Part shown: positions 34,801 to 49,800 of the stretch, in pieces
Numbering within the stretch: position 1 is the stretch's first letter
How the letters are laid out: each line of letters starts with the position of its first letter
From: Haplodiscus bocki
Taxonomy: Eukaryota
NCBI GenBank assembly: GCA_965655095.1
Contig: OZ296651.1
Span: 3,844,001-3,908,000 of the forward strand
Reading direction: 5' to 3'
DNA: 64,000 bases
Notes under the pieces: model-generated
What the model saw: only the letters and a program-made list of their open reading frames with translations
What the model was told of the DNA's origin: nothing
The model's database searches: none
Made by a program: the position numbers and the translations under genes

Positions 34801-37800
34801 CGAAAAGCATAATCATTTTTCCTTTTCAATTGTCTGCTGTCATTCAATTCAAGCTCGTTAGGGAAAAGATTACTTCACGAGAAAAACTTTATCAGTTTTT
34901 GAGTAGGCTTTCGACAAAACAGTCAAACCAAGAATTAATTTTCGATTTTTTTTCACTTTAGAAAAATTTTGCGTATTCATCAATTGTTTGTTGTAGTGAA
35001 TTCACTTAACGAATGACATCGTTGTTAAGGCAAGCACTCGGAGAAAAAAGTAAATAGAAGATAGAAACAGTTCGAAAACATAACGTTTCCCACATACCAC
35101 GGATTATTATAAGTGAGTTCCAAATTCAGAAATTGAAAGAACATTAGATTCGTACAATACCTGAGTATCATCTACAAAAAGTTTAAGTGTGATGAAACGA
35201 CGACAGTACTGCAGATCATAGGCGTATTAAAGAAACAACAGAGGACAAAGTGTTGATCCATGTTGAAAAATGCTTACAACAGCAGCCCAACAAGAAAATC
35301 CAACCCAATTAATCAAACAATGACACCAGTTGTAGGAAAAAAAGCGCAACGAGTCAAGGGCAACATTTCTAAGGCCGTAATGTCCTAAATTCGTCTGTAG
35401 ATGTTCCTAGTCTTTTGTATCGAATTCTTTCCTAATGTCAAAAAAAAACAAAAACCAAAGGTACTTTTCTCACGTCCCAAATTTTCAGTTCTCTCAACAA
35501 GAGCAACAGTGGTCCAAACATTAGTTTGAACCAGTAACTGCATAATCTACAAAATTTTTGATTTAACTAGTAAACTTTGATTGCGGTTATACATAAATCA
35601 CTCAAACTATTTATCTAAAGATGAAACAACAGAGCTCCGCCTATATTTTTCTGCCTACAGTTTTGATACGCAACTTTGTTAGGGTGTTATTGTAGCGTTT
35701 TTAGGGAAATGTGGAAAAACGACTTAGTCAGCAAAATTTCAATTTCAACCAACACAAGTTGAGTGGAAACGTGCGCACAATTTCTCAAAGTTTGGATTGA
35801 CAATTCATCAATGCCATTTGCCTTTCCACTGTCAAAGTGTTTTAATGGGCTTCAAAGTTCTACAGCAGTGAAATCTTGAACTATGCAAGAAAACTGATTT
35901 TCCCTTAGTTGGTATGTTTGCAGTAAACCTTACATGAGTCAATGGTATCATATGTTTTTGTATTCCAACACCTACGGAAGAAAAAACTTTATGAGAGGTT
36001 TAATCACAGTCTTTTTCTCTTTTTTATTTGGGAGACGTGAAGTTTTTATCACTTCTGGATAAGCAGTTGATGTTTCCCTCCATTTAATTTTGACTGGTTA
36101 TAAAAGGCTTGAAAAACAAATGTTTGTTTCTCATGAAGTTTATCAATTTGGTAGAAAACGGTAACTTCAATTAAATCAAGAAAGTATACTCGTTTGTCTT
36201 TATCAATTGTTTTTTGTCAACCAATTTAAACAAGTTAAGAGAAAAGATCACTTAAGGATGAAGTCGCTATCAGACTTTGAGTAGGTTTTTGACAAAACAA
36301 TCAAACCAAGGTTTGTTTTTGGTTTTTTAATCAATTTAGAAGAAATTGCGAATTCACCATTTCTTTGTTGGAGAATATTAAATTGAAGTTTGACATCGTC
36401 GTTTACACAGCCACTTGGAAAACAGAAAATGACTAGAAATTGAAAAAAGTTTGAAAAAAATCTATTTTCAGCAAACCAGGGGCTAATATCAACTATTTCT
36501 GAATTCACATTTAGAAGAAAAATAGATTTGTACAATAACTTAGTATCATCTTCAAAAAAGTTAGGTGTGATGTGTTGGCGATAGTACTGTAGATCATAAG
36601 CGTACGAAAGAAACAACAGAGGACCAAGTGTTGATCTTTGTGGAACAATGCATACAACAGCAGCCCAACAAGAGGATCCATCCCAATTAATCGAACAATG
36701 ACACCAGTTGTAGGAAGAAAAAGCGCAACGAGTCAAGGGCAACATTTCTTAGGCCGTAATGTCCTAAATTTGTCTGTAGATGTTCCTAGTCTTTTGTATC
36801 GAATTCTTTCCTAATGTCAAAAAAAAACAAAAACCACAGGTACTTTCCTCAAGTCCCAAATTTTTAGTTCTCTCAACAAGAGCAACAATGGTCCAAACTT
36901 TAGTTTGAACCAGTAACTGCTGAATCTATACACTTTTTGATTTAACTAGTAAACTTTGATTGCGGTTATACATAAATCACTCAACCTGTTTACCTAAAGA
37001 TGAAACAACAGAGCTCCGCCTATATTTTTCTGCCTATGGTTTTGATACGCAACTTTGTTAGGGTGTTATTCTAGCGTTTTTAGGGCAATAAGGAAAAACG
37101 AATACGAAAACGAAAAAATAATTTCAACCAACAACAGTAAACTTTGATTGCGGTTATACATAAATCACTCAAACTATTTACCTAAAGATGAAACAACAGA
37201 GCTCCGCCTATATTTTTCTGCCTACAGTTTTGATACGCAACTTTGTTAGGGTGTTATTGTAGCGTTTTTAGGGAAATGTGGAAAAACGACTTAGTCAGCG
37301 AATTTTTGATTTCAACCGACAGAAGTTGAGCGGAAACGTGCGCACAATTTCTCAAAGTTTGGATTGACAATTCATCAGTGCCATTTGCCTTTCCACTGTC
37401 AAAGTTTTTTTTGGGCTTCAAAGTTCTACGGCAATGAAATCTTGAATTACGCCAGAAAACTGATATTCCCCTAGTTAGTATAATTGCAGTAAACACAACA
37501 TGAGGCAATGATTTGACAGGATTTTGTAATCCAACACGCATGGGAGAAAAAGTTTTATGAGAAGTTTCATCACAATCTTTTTCTCTTTTTTAATTAGGAA
37601 ACCTGAGTTTTCTATCAATTCTGGATAAGAAGTTGATGGTTCCCTTTCACTCAGTTTTGACTGATATTAAAAAGTTTCATAAACAATTGTTTGTTTACCA
37701 GGAAGTTTATCACTTTGGTAGAAAAGGGCAACTTCATTAAATCGGGAAAGTATAATAATTTTTCTTTCTCAAATGTTTTTTGTCAACCAATGTAAACAGG

Positions 37801-40800
37801 CTTAGAGAGAAGATAACTTAATGATGAAGTCGCTATCATGTTTTGAGTAGGGTTTTGACTAAACAATCAACCCAAGATTTAGTTTTGGTTTGTTAATCAA
37901 TTTAGAAGATTTTGCGAAGTCATCATTTTTTTCTTGGAGAATATTAATTTAATGACTGACATCGTTGTTTACACAAGCACTTGGAAAACAGAAAATAAGT
38001 AGATGATGCAAAAAGTTTGATTAAAAACATGCTTTCAGCGAACTATGCGGTAATATCAATTGTTTCTGAATTCAGAATTAGAAGAAAAATAGATTTGTAC
38101 AAAAACTTAGAATCATCTACAAAATAGTTATGTGTGATGTGTTGACGATAGTACTGCATATCATAAACGTTTGAAAGAAACAACAGAGGACCAAGTGTTG
38201 ATCCCTGTCGAAGAATGCACACAACAGCAGCAAAACAAAAGAATCCATCCCAAATATTTAAGCAATGATACCAGTCGGAAGAAAAATAGCGTAACCAGTC
38301 AAGGGCAACATTTCTAATGCCGTATTGTGCTAAATTTGTCAGTAGATATTCCTAGTCTTTCGTATCAAATTCATTCCTAATGTCAAAAAAAACAAAAACC
38401 AACCGAACTTTTATCAAATCCGAATTTTTCAATTCTTTAACCAAGGCATCAGTGGCCGAAACAATGATTTGAAAACCCAACCGTTTACTCTATGACATTT
38501 TTGATGTGCTTGAGATATTTTGAATGCGGTTATCTCTCAAAAAATTTACCTAAAGTTCCAACAACAGAGCTAGGGCTATATGTTTCTGCCGATGGTTTTG
38601 ATCCAGATTTTTGTGTGAGTGTTATTCTAGCAATTTTAGGGCAATCCGATAAAAACGCCTCAAGAAAACGTAAATATAACAATAACCAACAAAGTTTGAG
38701 CTGAAGCGTGCGCCAAAGTTATCACTTTTCAATTGAAATTCCATCAATGTCATTTGATTTTCCACTGTAAAGCTTTTAAACTTGAATAGAAAGTTCTATA
38801 GCAGTGCAATCATGCCAGAAATTTGATCTTTCCTTAATTGGTATGTTCGCAGCAAACGTAAATTGAGACACTGAGTTAACATTTTTTTGTATTCCAACAC
38901 CTATGGAAGAGAAAGTTCTGATTAATTTTTCATGACATTCTCTTTCATTTTTATTCAGTTAACCTGAAACAAAAATTAAATTTGGTTGAGCAGTAGATCG
39001 TTCTCGTCCACTCCGTCTTGAATGATAAAAGACGTTTGAAGAACAAACTTTTGGTCCTCATGAATTTTATCAGCTTGGTAAAAAAAAAGGCTGTTTCTTT
39101 TTCAACCCAACTGCATAATCAAAGTTCTTTCTCAAATGTTTGGTGTCATTCAATTGAAGCTCAATTAGAGAAAAGACAACAGAAAGATAAAGTCTCTATC
39201 AATTTGTGAGTAGGCTTTCGACAAAACAATCCAACGAAGACTTGGTTTTCGGTTTGTTCTTCACATCAGAAAGTTTTGCGTATTCATGATTTGTTCGTTG
39301 GAGAATATTAACTTAAGGACTCACATCGTCGTTTACAAAAACACTTGGAAAAATGAAAGTAATTGGAGGATAGAAACAATTTGAAAATAAACCTGTTTTC
39401 AGCATACCAGGGGCTAATATCAGTGAGTTCTAAGTTCGAAATCTGAAAAAAAATAGATTTGTACAATAACTTAGTATCATCTACGGAAACGTTGGGTGTG
39501 ATGTGTTGACGATGGTACTCCAGATCATAAGCGTAAGGAAGAAACAACAGAAGACCAAGTGTTGGTCCCTGTGGAACAAGGTATACAACAGCAGTCCAAC
39601 AAAAGAATCCATCCCAATTAATTAAACGATGACACCAGCTGTAAGACAAAAAGCGCAGGCAAGGATTTGCAACATTTCTGAAGCCGTATTGTGTTAAAAT
39701 CGTGAGTACATGCTCCTAGTCTTTTCTATCGAATTCGTTCCTAATGTCAAGAAGAAAGTTGAAACCAACCATCCTTTTTGCAAACCCTATTTTTTCAGTT
39801 CTATAACAAGGGAATCAGTCTCCGAAACAATGATATGAAACCCGAAAAGCTTACTCTATGAATTTTTTGATATGCTTGAGAAATTTTGATTTCGGTTATA
39901 CATAGATCTCCAAAAAAACTTACCTGAGGTCGAAACAACGAAGCTAAAGCTAAATGTTTCTGCCTATGGTTTTTGGTCCAAAGTTTTGTGTAAGTGTTAT
40001 CGTAGCAACTTTAGGGCAATCCGGAAATTCGTCTCAGGGAAACGAAAAATTAATATTTCTCAACAAAGTTTGAGGTGAAACTTGCGCTGAAGTTTTCAAG
40101 TTTTCATTTGAAACTCCGTCAATGACATTTGATTTTTCACTGTCAAGCTTTTCAAATTTTGAGTGGAAAGTTCTTCAGCAGTGGAATTATGCCAGAAATC
40201 CCATCTTTTCCTAATTGGTATGTTCGCAGCAAACGTAAACTGAGACACTGATTTAACAGGTTTTTCTATTCCTGTTTGAAAACTATGGAAAAGAAAACTC
40301 TATGAGAAGTTTCATCACAGTCTTTTTTTCTTTTTTAATTAAGAAACCTGAAGTTTTTATCACTTCTGGATAAGCAGTTGATGGTTCTCGTCCACTCCGT
40401 CCTGAATGATAACAAAACGTTTGAAGAACAAACGTTTGGTTCTCATGAAATTATTTATCAGCTTGGTAAAAAAACGCAGTTTCTCTCTAAACCGAATTGA
40501 AAAACCAATTTTTTTTCTCAAATGTTTGGTGTCATTCAATTGAAGCTCATTTAGAGAAAAGACAACAGAAAGATAAAGTCTCTATCAATTTGTGAGTAGG
40601 CTTTCGACAAAACAATCCAACGAAGACTTGGTTTTCGGTTTGTTCTTCACTTCAGAAAGTTTTGCGTATTCATGATTTGTTCGTTGGAGAATATTAACTT
40701 AAGGACTCACATCGTCGTTTACAAAAACATTTGGAAAAATGAAAGTAACTGGAGGATAGAAACAATTTGAAAACAAACCTGTTTTCAGCATACCAGGGGC

Positions 40801-43800
40801 TAATATCAGTGAGTTCTAAGTTCGAAATCTGAAAAAAAATAGATTTGTACAATAACTTAGTATCATCTACGGAAAAGTTGGGTGTGATATGTTGACGATG
40901 GTACTCCAGATCATAAGCGTAAGGAAGAAACAACAGAGGACCAAGTGTTGGTCCCTGTGGAACAATGTATACAACAGCAGTCCAACAAGAGAATCCATCC
41001 CAATTAATTAAACGATGACACCAGCTGTAAGACAAAAACTGCAGGCAAGGATTTGCAACATTTCTGAAGCCGTATTGTGTTAAAATCGTGAGTACATGCT
41101 CCTAGTCTTTTCTATCGAATTCGTTCCTAATGTCAAGAAGAAAGTTGAAACCAACCATCCTTTTTGCAAACCCTATTTTTTCAGTTCTATAACAAGGGAA
41201 TCAGTCTCCGAAACAATGATATGAAACCCGAAAAGCTTACTCTATGAATTTTTTGATATGCTTGAGAAATTTTGATTTCGGTTATACATAGATCTCCAAA
41301 AAAACTTACCTGAGGTCGAAACAACGAAGCTAAAGCTAAATGTTTCTGCCTATGGTTTTTGGTCCAAAGTTTTGTGTAAGTGTTATCGTAGCAACTTTAG
41401 GGCAATCCGGAAATTCGTCTCAGGGAAACGAAAAATTAATATTTCTCAACAAAGTTTGAGGTGAAACTTGCGCTGAAGTTTTCAAGTTTTCATTTGAAAC
41501 TCCGTCAATGACATTTGATTTTTCACTGTCAAGCTTTTCAAATTTTGAGTGGAAAGTTCTTCAGCAGTGGAATTATGCCAGAAATCCCATCTTTTCCTAA
41601 TTGGTATGTTCGCAGCAAACGTAAACTGAGACACTGATTTAACAGGTTTTTCTATTCCTGTTTGAAAACTATGGAAAAGAAAACTCTATGAGAAGTTTCA
41701 TCACAGTCTTTTTTTCTTTTTTAATTAAGAAACCTGAAGTTTTTATCACTTCTGGATAAGCAGTTGATGGTTCTCGTCCACTCCGTCTTGAATGATAACA
41801 AAACGTTTGAAGAACAAACGTTTGGTTCTCATGAAATTATTTATCAGCTTGGTAAAAAAACGCAGTTTCTCTCTAAAGCGAATTGAAAAACCAAATTTTT
41901 TTCTCAAATGTTTGGTGTCATTCAATTTAAGCTTTAGAGGCAAGAAAATATAACGATAAAGTCTCTATCATTTCTTGAGTAGGCTATTGACAAAATAATG
42001 AAACCATGGAATGTTTTTCGGTTTGTTCTTCACTTTAGAAGGTTTTGCGGACTCATCAAATACTTGTTGGAGTATATTAGCTTAATGACTGACATCGTCT
42101 TTGAGGCAAGCACTCGGAAAAAATATAGTAACTTGAAGATGGGGGCAGTTTGCAAACAAAAAGTTTTCAGCATACCATAGGTTAATATCAGTGAGTTCCA
42201 AATTCAGAAATTAAAAAAAGTATTAGTGTCGTATATTGACTTAGTACCATCTTGAGAAACGTTAGGTGTGATGTATCGACGATAGTACTGTATATCATAA
42301 GATAAAAAAGAAACATCAGGGGACGAAGTTTTGATCCCTGTGGTACACTGCCTTCAATAGCACCCCAACAAGAGAAAGCATAATAAAACATTAAACGATG
42401 ACACTAGTTGGAAATATATTAACGAAACTAGTCAACGGCAACATTTCTAATGCCGTTTTGTTTTATATTCATCAGTAGTTGCTCCTAGTCTATTATGTCG
42501 AGTGTTTTCCTAATGTCAAAACAAAACCAACCGTACTTTTTTCAAATCCTAAATTTTCATTTCTTTCAACAAGGCCATCAGTAGTCCAAACATTAGCTTG
42601 AAACGCTAACTGCTTAATCTAAAAATTTTTTGACCCATTCAAGAATATTTGAATGCGGGTATACATAGATCTATCAAATTACCCACCCAAAGATGAAACG
42701 AAAAAACTAGGCCTATATGTATCTGACTAGATTTTGATCCAGATTTATGTTTCAACGCAGTTTGGAAAAACGGCTAAGGTAATCAAAATTTTAGTATTAC
42801 CCAACAAAGTTTGAGCTGAAAAGTGCGCTAAAGCTTTCAAATTTTCAATTGAAATTTCATCAATGCCATTTGACTTTCCACTGTCAAGCTTCTTTATTTG
42901 AATAGAAAATTCTACAGCAGTGCAATCAGGCTAGAAGACTGATCACTCTTAAATTGGTATATTCGGATTAAACGTTCCATGAGGCAAGTTTTTAACAGAT
43001 TTCAAAATTTGAGTTTCAGCATCTGTGGAAGAAAAAGTTCTATTAAAATATTCAGCACAGTTCCATTAGAAATATTTCTACTTTGAAAAACGGAGATGTT
43101 TGTCAATTTCGGATTAGCAGTTGATGTTTTTTGTCCACTCAGTTTTGAATGACGACAAAACGTTTGAAAAACGAAAGTTTGTTCCTCACGAACTTTGGTA
43201 ACTTGCTGGAAAAAAGCAGCTTTTCCAGGCCGAACAGTAAAATCAACTTCTTCTCTCACTTTTTTGTGGTGACTCAATTTACTCTCACTTAGATAAAGTA
43301 TATCTTAACGATGCAGTATCGATCAATTTTGGAGAAGCCTTTCGACAAAATCATCAAACCAAAAATATTTTTCCTGATATAACTCCAGTTCCGCCAAACT
43401 CGTCTATTCATCATTTTTGTGTTAGAGAATTCCAACTCAAGGACTGAAATCATCGTTAACACAAGCACTTGGGAAAAAATAGTAACAAAAAGATAAAAAC
43501 ATTTCCAAAACAAAGTGTTTTCGGCATACCATGGGTTATTATCTGTGAGATCTTTATTCAGAAAGCGCAAAAAAACTTAGATTCGTACAATAAATTAGTA
43601 TCATCTGCAAACGTTTAGGCTTGATGTGTTGATAAAATTGCAGATCATAACCCTACTAAAGAAACTCCAGAGGACGAAATATTGATCTCTGTGGAACACT
43701 GCATATCAAAGCAAACTAAAAAGTAAATGCAACCTAAAAGTTTACACGATGGTACCAGCTAGAAGTATATTAGCGGAACCAGTCAAGGGCAACATTTCTA

Positions 43801-46800
43801 ATGCCGTATTGTGCTAAGTTCATCAGTAGTGTTTCGTATTCAATTATATCGAATGCTTTCCGAATGTCAAGGAGATAGCAAAACGCAACTGTACCTTTAG
43901 AAAGTATTTTTTTAAGTTCTATCAACAAGAGCATCAGTGGTTGCTACATTAGTTTGAAACCCGAATTGCCTAATCTAATAAATTTTTGGTCTAGTTAGGA
44001 AACTTTGAATACAATTAGGCATATTCAAACCACATGGTTTTCGCAAAGATGAAAGAACAGTGCTAGGCCTATAAGTTCCTGCTATAGTTTCGATACAGAT
44101 TTATTAATAAGTGTTATCGTTGCGCTTTTAGCGGAATGTGGAAAAACACCTTGGGAAACCGAAATTTTACTTTCAAATAAGAAAGTTTGAGCCGCAGCAT
44201 GCGCACAAGGTTTCAAATTTTCAATCAGTTTTTCGTCACGGCGATTTGCCTTTCCACTGTCAAGTTTCATTACTGGACCTGAGACCTCTACAGCAGTTCA
44301 ATCATGCAAGAAAACTGATCTATCTTTTATTGGTATGTTCAGAGTAAACGTTCCATCAGCCAAGTAGTTAAAAGGTTTCAGAATTTTGAATTTGAGCATC
44401 TGTGGAAGAAAAAGTTCTATTAAAAATTTCAGCACAGCTTTTTTCATCTTTACTTTGAAAAACTGAGATGTTTGTCATTTTCGGTTTAGCAGTTGATGGT
44501 TTTCGTCCACTCATCATTGAAAGATAAAGAAACGTTTGAAATACGAAAGTTTGTTCCCTATGAACTTAATTAACTGGCTGGAAAAGGGCGGCTTCTTTTT
44601 CAGCCGAACAGCGAAATCAACTTATTTTCTCACTTTTTTGTTAGGATTCAATATAGGCTCACTTAATGAAAGTATATCTCAACGATGCGGAATCGATCAA
44701 TTTTGGAGAATCCCTCCGACAAAATCAGGAAACCAAAAAGTGCTTTCCCGTTATTTCTCCAGTTCATCAATTCCTGTCTTTTCATCATTTTTGTGTTAGA
44801 GAATTTCGACTCAATAACTGACATCATCGTTAACACAAACATTCGGGAAAAAAATAGCAACAAAAAGATAGAAACATTAACAAAACAAAATGTTTTCAGC
44901 ATACGAAGCATTAATATCTGTGAGACTGTCATTCAGAAAGCGCAAAAAAACTTAGATTCCTACAAAAACTTCGTACCATCTGCAAAAGTTTAAGCATGAT
45001 GTGTTGACAATATTATTGCAGATCATAACCGTATTAAAGAAACACCAGAGGACGAAAATTTGTTCCTGTGGAACATTGCATACAATAGCGACCAAAAAAG
45101 AAAATGCAACCTAAAAGTTCACACGATGGTACCAGCTGGGATTATATTAGCCGAACCAGTCAAAAATAACAATTCTAATGCCGTATTGTGTTAATTACAT
45201 CAGTAGTGGTTCGTAGTCTAGCCTATTGAATGCTTCTCTAAAGTCAAGAAGAAAGCAAAAACCAACCGTACTTTTTGCAGATCTTTATTTTCCAGTTCTA
45301 TCAACAAGAGCATCAGTGGTCGAAACAATAGTTCGGAAACCGAACTACTTAATCTATAAAGTTTTTGATCTATTTAGGACACTTTGAATGAGGTTTTACT
45401 TACAACTCTCAAATCTTTCACTTGAAGATGAAACAACAGAGCAACGCCTATCACTTTCTGTCTACTGTTTTGATCGAGAATTTTGTATGGGTGTTATCGT
45501 AACGAGTTTAGGGCAATAAGGAAAAACGACTAAGAAAACGAAAGTTTAATTTCAACCAAGAAAATTTGAGCTGAAACGTTCGCAAAAAATCTCAAAACTT
45601 TGATTGGCAGTCCATCAATGCCATTTGCGTTTCCACTGTCAAAGTTTCTAATTGGGCTGGAAAGTTCTACAGCAATGAAATCCTGAATTACGCCAGAAAA
45701 TTGATAATCCCTTAGTTAGTATATTTGCAGTAAACACAACATGAGGCATTGATTTAACAGGTTTTTGTATTCCAACACGTTTGGAAGAATAAGTTCTATG
45801 AGAAATTTCAACACAGTCTTTTTTCTTTTTTAATTAGGAAACCTGAGATTTTTATCAATCCTGGATAAGCAGTTGATGGTTCCCTTCCAGTAAGTTTTGA
45901 CTGATATTAAACGTTTGATAAACAATTGTTTGTTTCTCATGAAGTTTTTCAATTTGGTTGAAAAGGGCAACTTCTTTTAAATCGGGATAAAATATTCACT
46001 TTTCCTTCTCAAATGTTTTTTGTCAACCAAATTAAGCTCGTTTAGAGAAAGGAAAACTCAACGATAACTTCTCAATCAATTTTTGAGTAGGCTTTTGACA
46101 AAACAATGAAACCAACGAATGTTTTTCGGTTTGTTCTTCAGTTTAGAACGTTTTGCGAACTCATCAAATACTTGTTGGAGTATATTAACTTAATGACTGA
46201 CATCGTCGTTAAGGCAAGCATTCGGAAAAAAAAGTAACTTGAAGATGGGAACAGTTTGAAAACAAAAAAAATTCAGCATACCATAGGTTAATATCAGTGA
46301 GTTCCAAATTCAGAAATTAAAAAAAATATTAGATGCGTACATTGGCTTAGTATCGTCTTGAGAAACGTTAAGTGTGATGTATCGACAATAGTACTGCAGA
46401 TCGTAAGCGTATGAAAGAAACAACAGGGAACGAATTTTTGATACCTGTGGAACATTAAATTCAATAGCACCCCAACAAGAGATAGCATATTCAAATATTA
46501 AACGATGACAGCAGTTGGAAAATTTTCAACGCAACTAAACGGCGGCAACATTTCTAATGCCGTTTTTGCGTTAAGTTCATCAGCAGTTGTTCCTAGTCTC
46601 TTATAACGATTGCTTTCCTCATGTCAAAAAAACCAACCGTTTTCTTTTCAAATTATAGTTTTTCAGTTCTCTCAACAAACGCATCAGTGGTCCAAATTTT
46701 TTTTGAAACGGTAACTGCTTAATTTATGAAAATTTTGATCTATTTAGGAAACTTTGCATGCGGTTAAAGATTGGTCTATCATATTACCCATCTAAAGATG

Positions 46801-49800
46801 AAACAACAAAGCTAGGCTTGTATGTTTCTGCCTGTGGTTTCGATCCAAGTTTAAGTTTTAACGCAGTTTGGTGAAACGGCTAAGAAAATCAAAAATTTAG
46901 TATTACCCAATAAAATTTGAGCTGAAAAGTGCGCTAAAGCTTTCAAACTTTCAATTGAAATCTCATCAAAGCCATTTGGTTTTCCACTGTCCGGCTTCTT
47001 TATTTGAATAGAAACTTCTACAGCAGTGCAATCACGCTAGAAGACTGATACTCTTAAAATGCTATATTCGGATTAAACGTTCCTTGAGGCAACTGTTTAA
47101 CAGATTTCAAAATTTGAGTTTCAGCATCTGTGGAAGAAAAAGTTCTATTAAAAAATTCACCACAGTTTTTTTCATCCTTACTTTGAAAAACTGAGATGTT
47201 TGTCAATTTCGGATTAGCAGTTGATGGTTTTCGTCCACTCAGTATTGAATGATAAACAAACGTTTGAAAAATGTAGGTATGTTCCCTATGAACTTTTAAA
47301 AATGCTAAAAAGCGGCAGCTTCATTTTAAACCGAACAGTGAAACCAACTACCTTTCTCACTTTTTTGTTATGATTCAATATAGGCTCAGTTAATAAAAGT
47401 ATATCTTAACGATGCGGAATCGATCAATTTTGGAGAACCCCTGCGACAAAACCATCAAACCAAAATTTGCTTTCCCGTTATTTCTCCAGTTCACAAAATC
47501 TTGTCTATTCATCATTTTTGTGTTAGAGAAGGTCAACTCAATGAGTGACATCATCGTTAACACAAACACTTGGCAAAAAAATAGCAACAAAAAGATAGAA
47601 ACATTTCTAAAACAAAATAATTTCAGCATAATTTGAGTTGATATCTGTGAGATCTTCATCCAGAAAGCACAAAAAAAACTTAGATTCCCACAATAACTTA
47701 GTACCATCTGCAAAAAATTAGGCTTGATGTGATGACAACAATATTGCAGATCATACCCGTTTTAAAGAAACACCAGAGGACGGAATTATGATCCCTGTGG
47801 AACACTGCATACAATAGCGACCAAAAAAGAAAATGCAACCTAAAAGTTTACACGATCGTACCAGCTGGGATTATATTATCGCAACCAATCAAAGGCAACA
47901 TTTCTAATGGTTTACTGTGTTAATTACATCAGTATTGGTTCGTAGTCTAGCCTATTGAATGCTTCTCTAAAGTCAAGAAGAAAGCAAAAACCAACCGTAT
48001 TTTTGCAGATCTTTTTTTTCCAGTTCTATCAACAAGAGCATCAGTGGTCGAAACATTAGTTCGGAAACCGAACTGATTAATCTATAGAAATTTTGATCTA
48101 TATAGGACGCTTTGAATGCGGTTTTACATACAACTCTCAAACCTTTCACTTGAAGATGAAACAACAGAGCAACGCCTATCACTTTCTGTCTACTGTTTTG
48201 ATCGAGAATTTTGTATGGGTGTTATCGTAGCGATTTTAGGGCAATAATGAAAAACGACTAAGAAAACGAAAGTTTAATTTCAACCAAGAAAATTTGAGCT
48301 GAAACGTTCGCAAAAAATCTCAAAACTTTGATTGGCAGTCCATCAATGCCATTTGCGTTTCCACTGTCAAAGTTTCTAATTGGGCTGGAAAGTTCTACAG
48401 CAATGAAATCCTGAATTACGCCAGAAAATTGATAATCCCTTAGTTAGTATATTTGCAGTAAACACAACATGAGGCATTGATTTAACAGGTTTTTGTATTC
48501 CAACACGTTTGGAAGAATAAGTTCTATGAGAAATTTCAACACAGTCTTTTTTCTTTTTTAATTAGGAAACCTGAGATTTTTATCAATCCTGGATAAGCAG
48601 TTGATGGTTCCCTTCCAATAAGTTTTGACTGATATTAAACGTTTGATAAACAATTGTTTGTTTCTCATGAAGTTTTTCAATTTGGTACAAAAGGGCAACT
48701 TCTTTTAAATCGGGATAAAATATTCACTTTTCCTTCTCAAATGTTTTTTGTCAACCAAATTAAGCTCGTTTAGAGAAACGAAAACTCAACGATAAATTCT
48801 CCATCAATTTTTGAGTAGTCTTTTGAAAAAACAATGAAAACAAGAAACGGTTTTCGGTTTGTTCTTCACTTTAGAAAGTTTTGCGGACTCATCTAAAACT
48901 TTTGGAGTATATTAACTTAATGACTGACATCGTCGTTAAGGCAAGCACTCGGAAAAAATAAAGTAACTTGAAGATGGGAACAGTTTGAAAACAAAAAGTT
49001 TTCAGCATACCATAGGTTAATATCAGTGAGTTCCAAATTCAGAAATTAAAAAAAAAATTAGATTCGTACATTAGCTTAATATCGTCTTGAGAAACGTCAA
49101 GTGTGATGTATCGACGATAGTACTGCAGATCGTAAGCGTATTAGAGAAACAACAGGGAACGAAGTTTTGATACCTGTGGAACACTACATTCAATAGCACC
49201 CCAACAAGAGAAAGCAGAATCAAATATTAAACGACGACAGCAGTTGGAAAAATTTCAACGGAACTAAACAGCGGCTGCAGTTCTAATGCCGTTTTCCGTT
49301 AAATTCAACAGCAGTTGCACCTAGACTTTCATATCGGAAGCTTTCCTTATGTCGAAAAAAAACCAACCCTTTTTTTTCAAATTATAGTTTTTCAGTTCTC
49401 TCAACAAGAGCATCGGTGGTCCATTTTTTTTCTGAAACGCTAACTGTTTTCTTAATCTACAAACTTTTTGATCTATTTAGGAAACTTTGAATGCGGTTAT
49501 AGACTGGTCTATCAATTTACCCACCTAAAGATGAAACAACAAAGATAGGCTTATATGTTTCTGCCTATGGTTTCGATCCAACTTTAGGTTTTAACGCATT
49601 TTGAAAAAACGCCTCAGGAAATCAAACAATTAATGTCAACCAACAAAGTTTGAGATGAAACGTGCGCTAAAGTTTTCAAATGTTCAATTGAAAATTCATC
49701 ATTGCCATTTGACTTTCCACTGTCAAGCTTCTTTAATGGACAACAAAAATCTACAGCAGTGCAATCATGCAAGAAAACTGACCTCTCTTGTTTTGGTATG

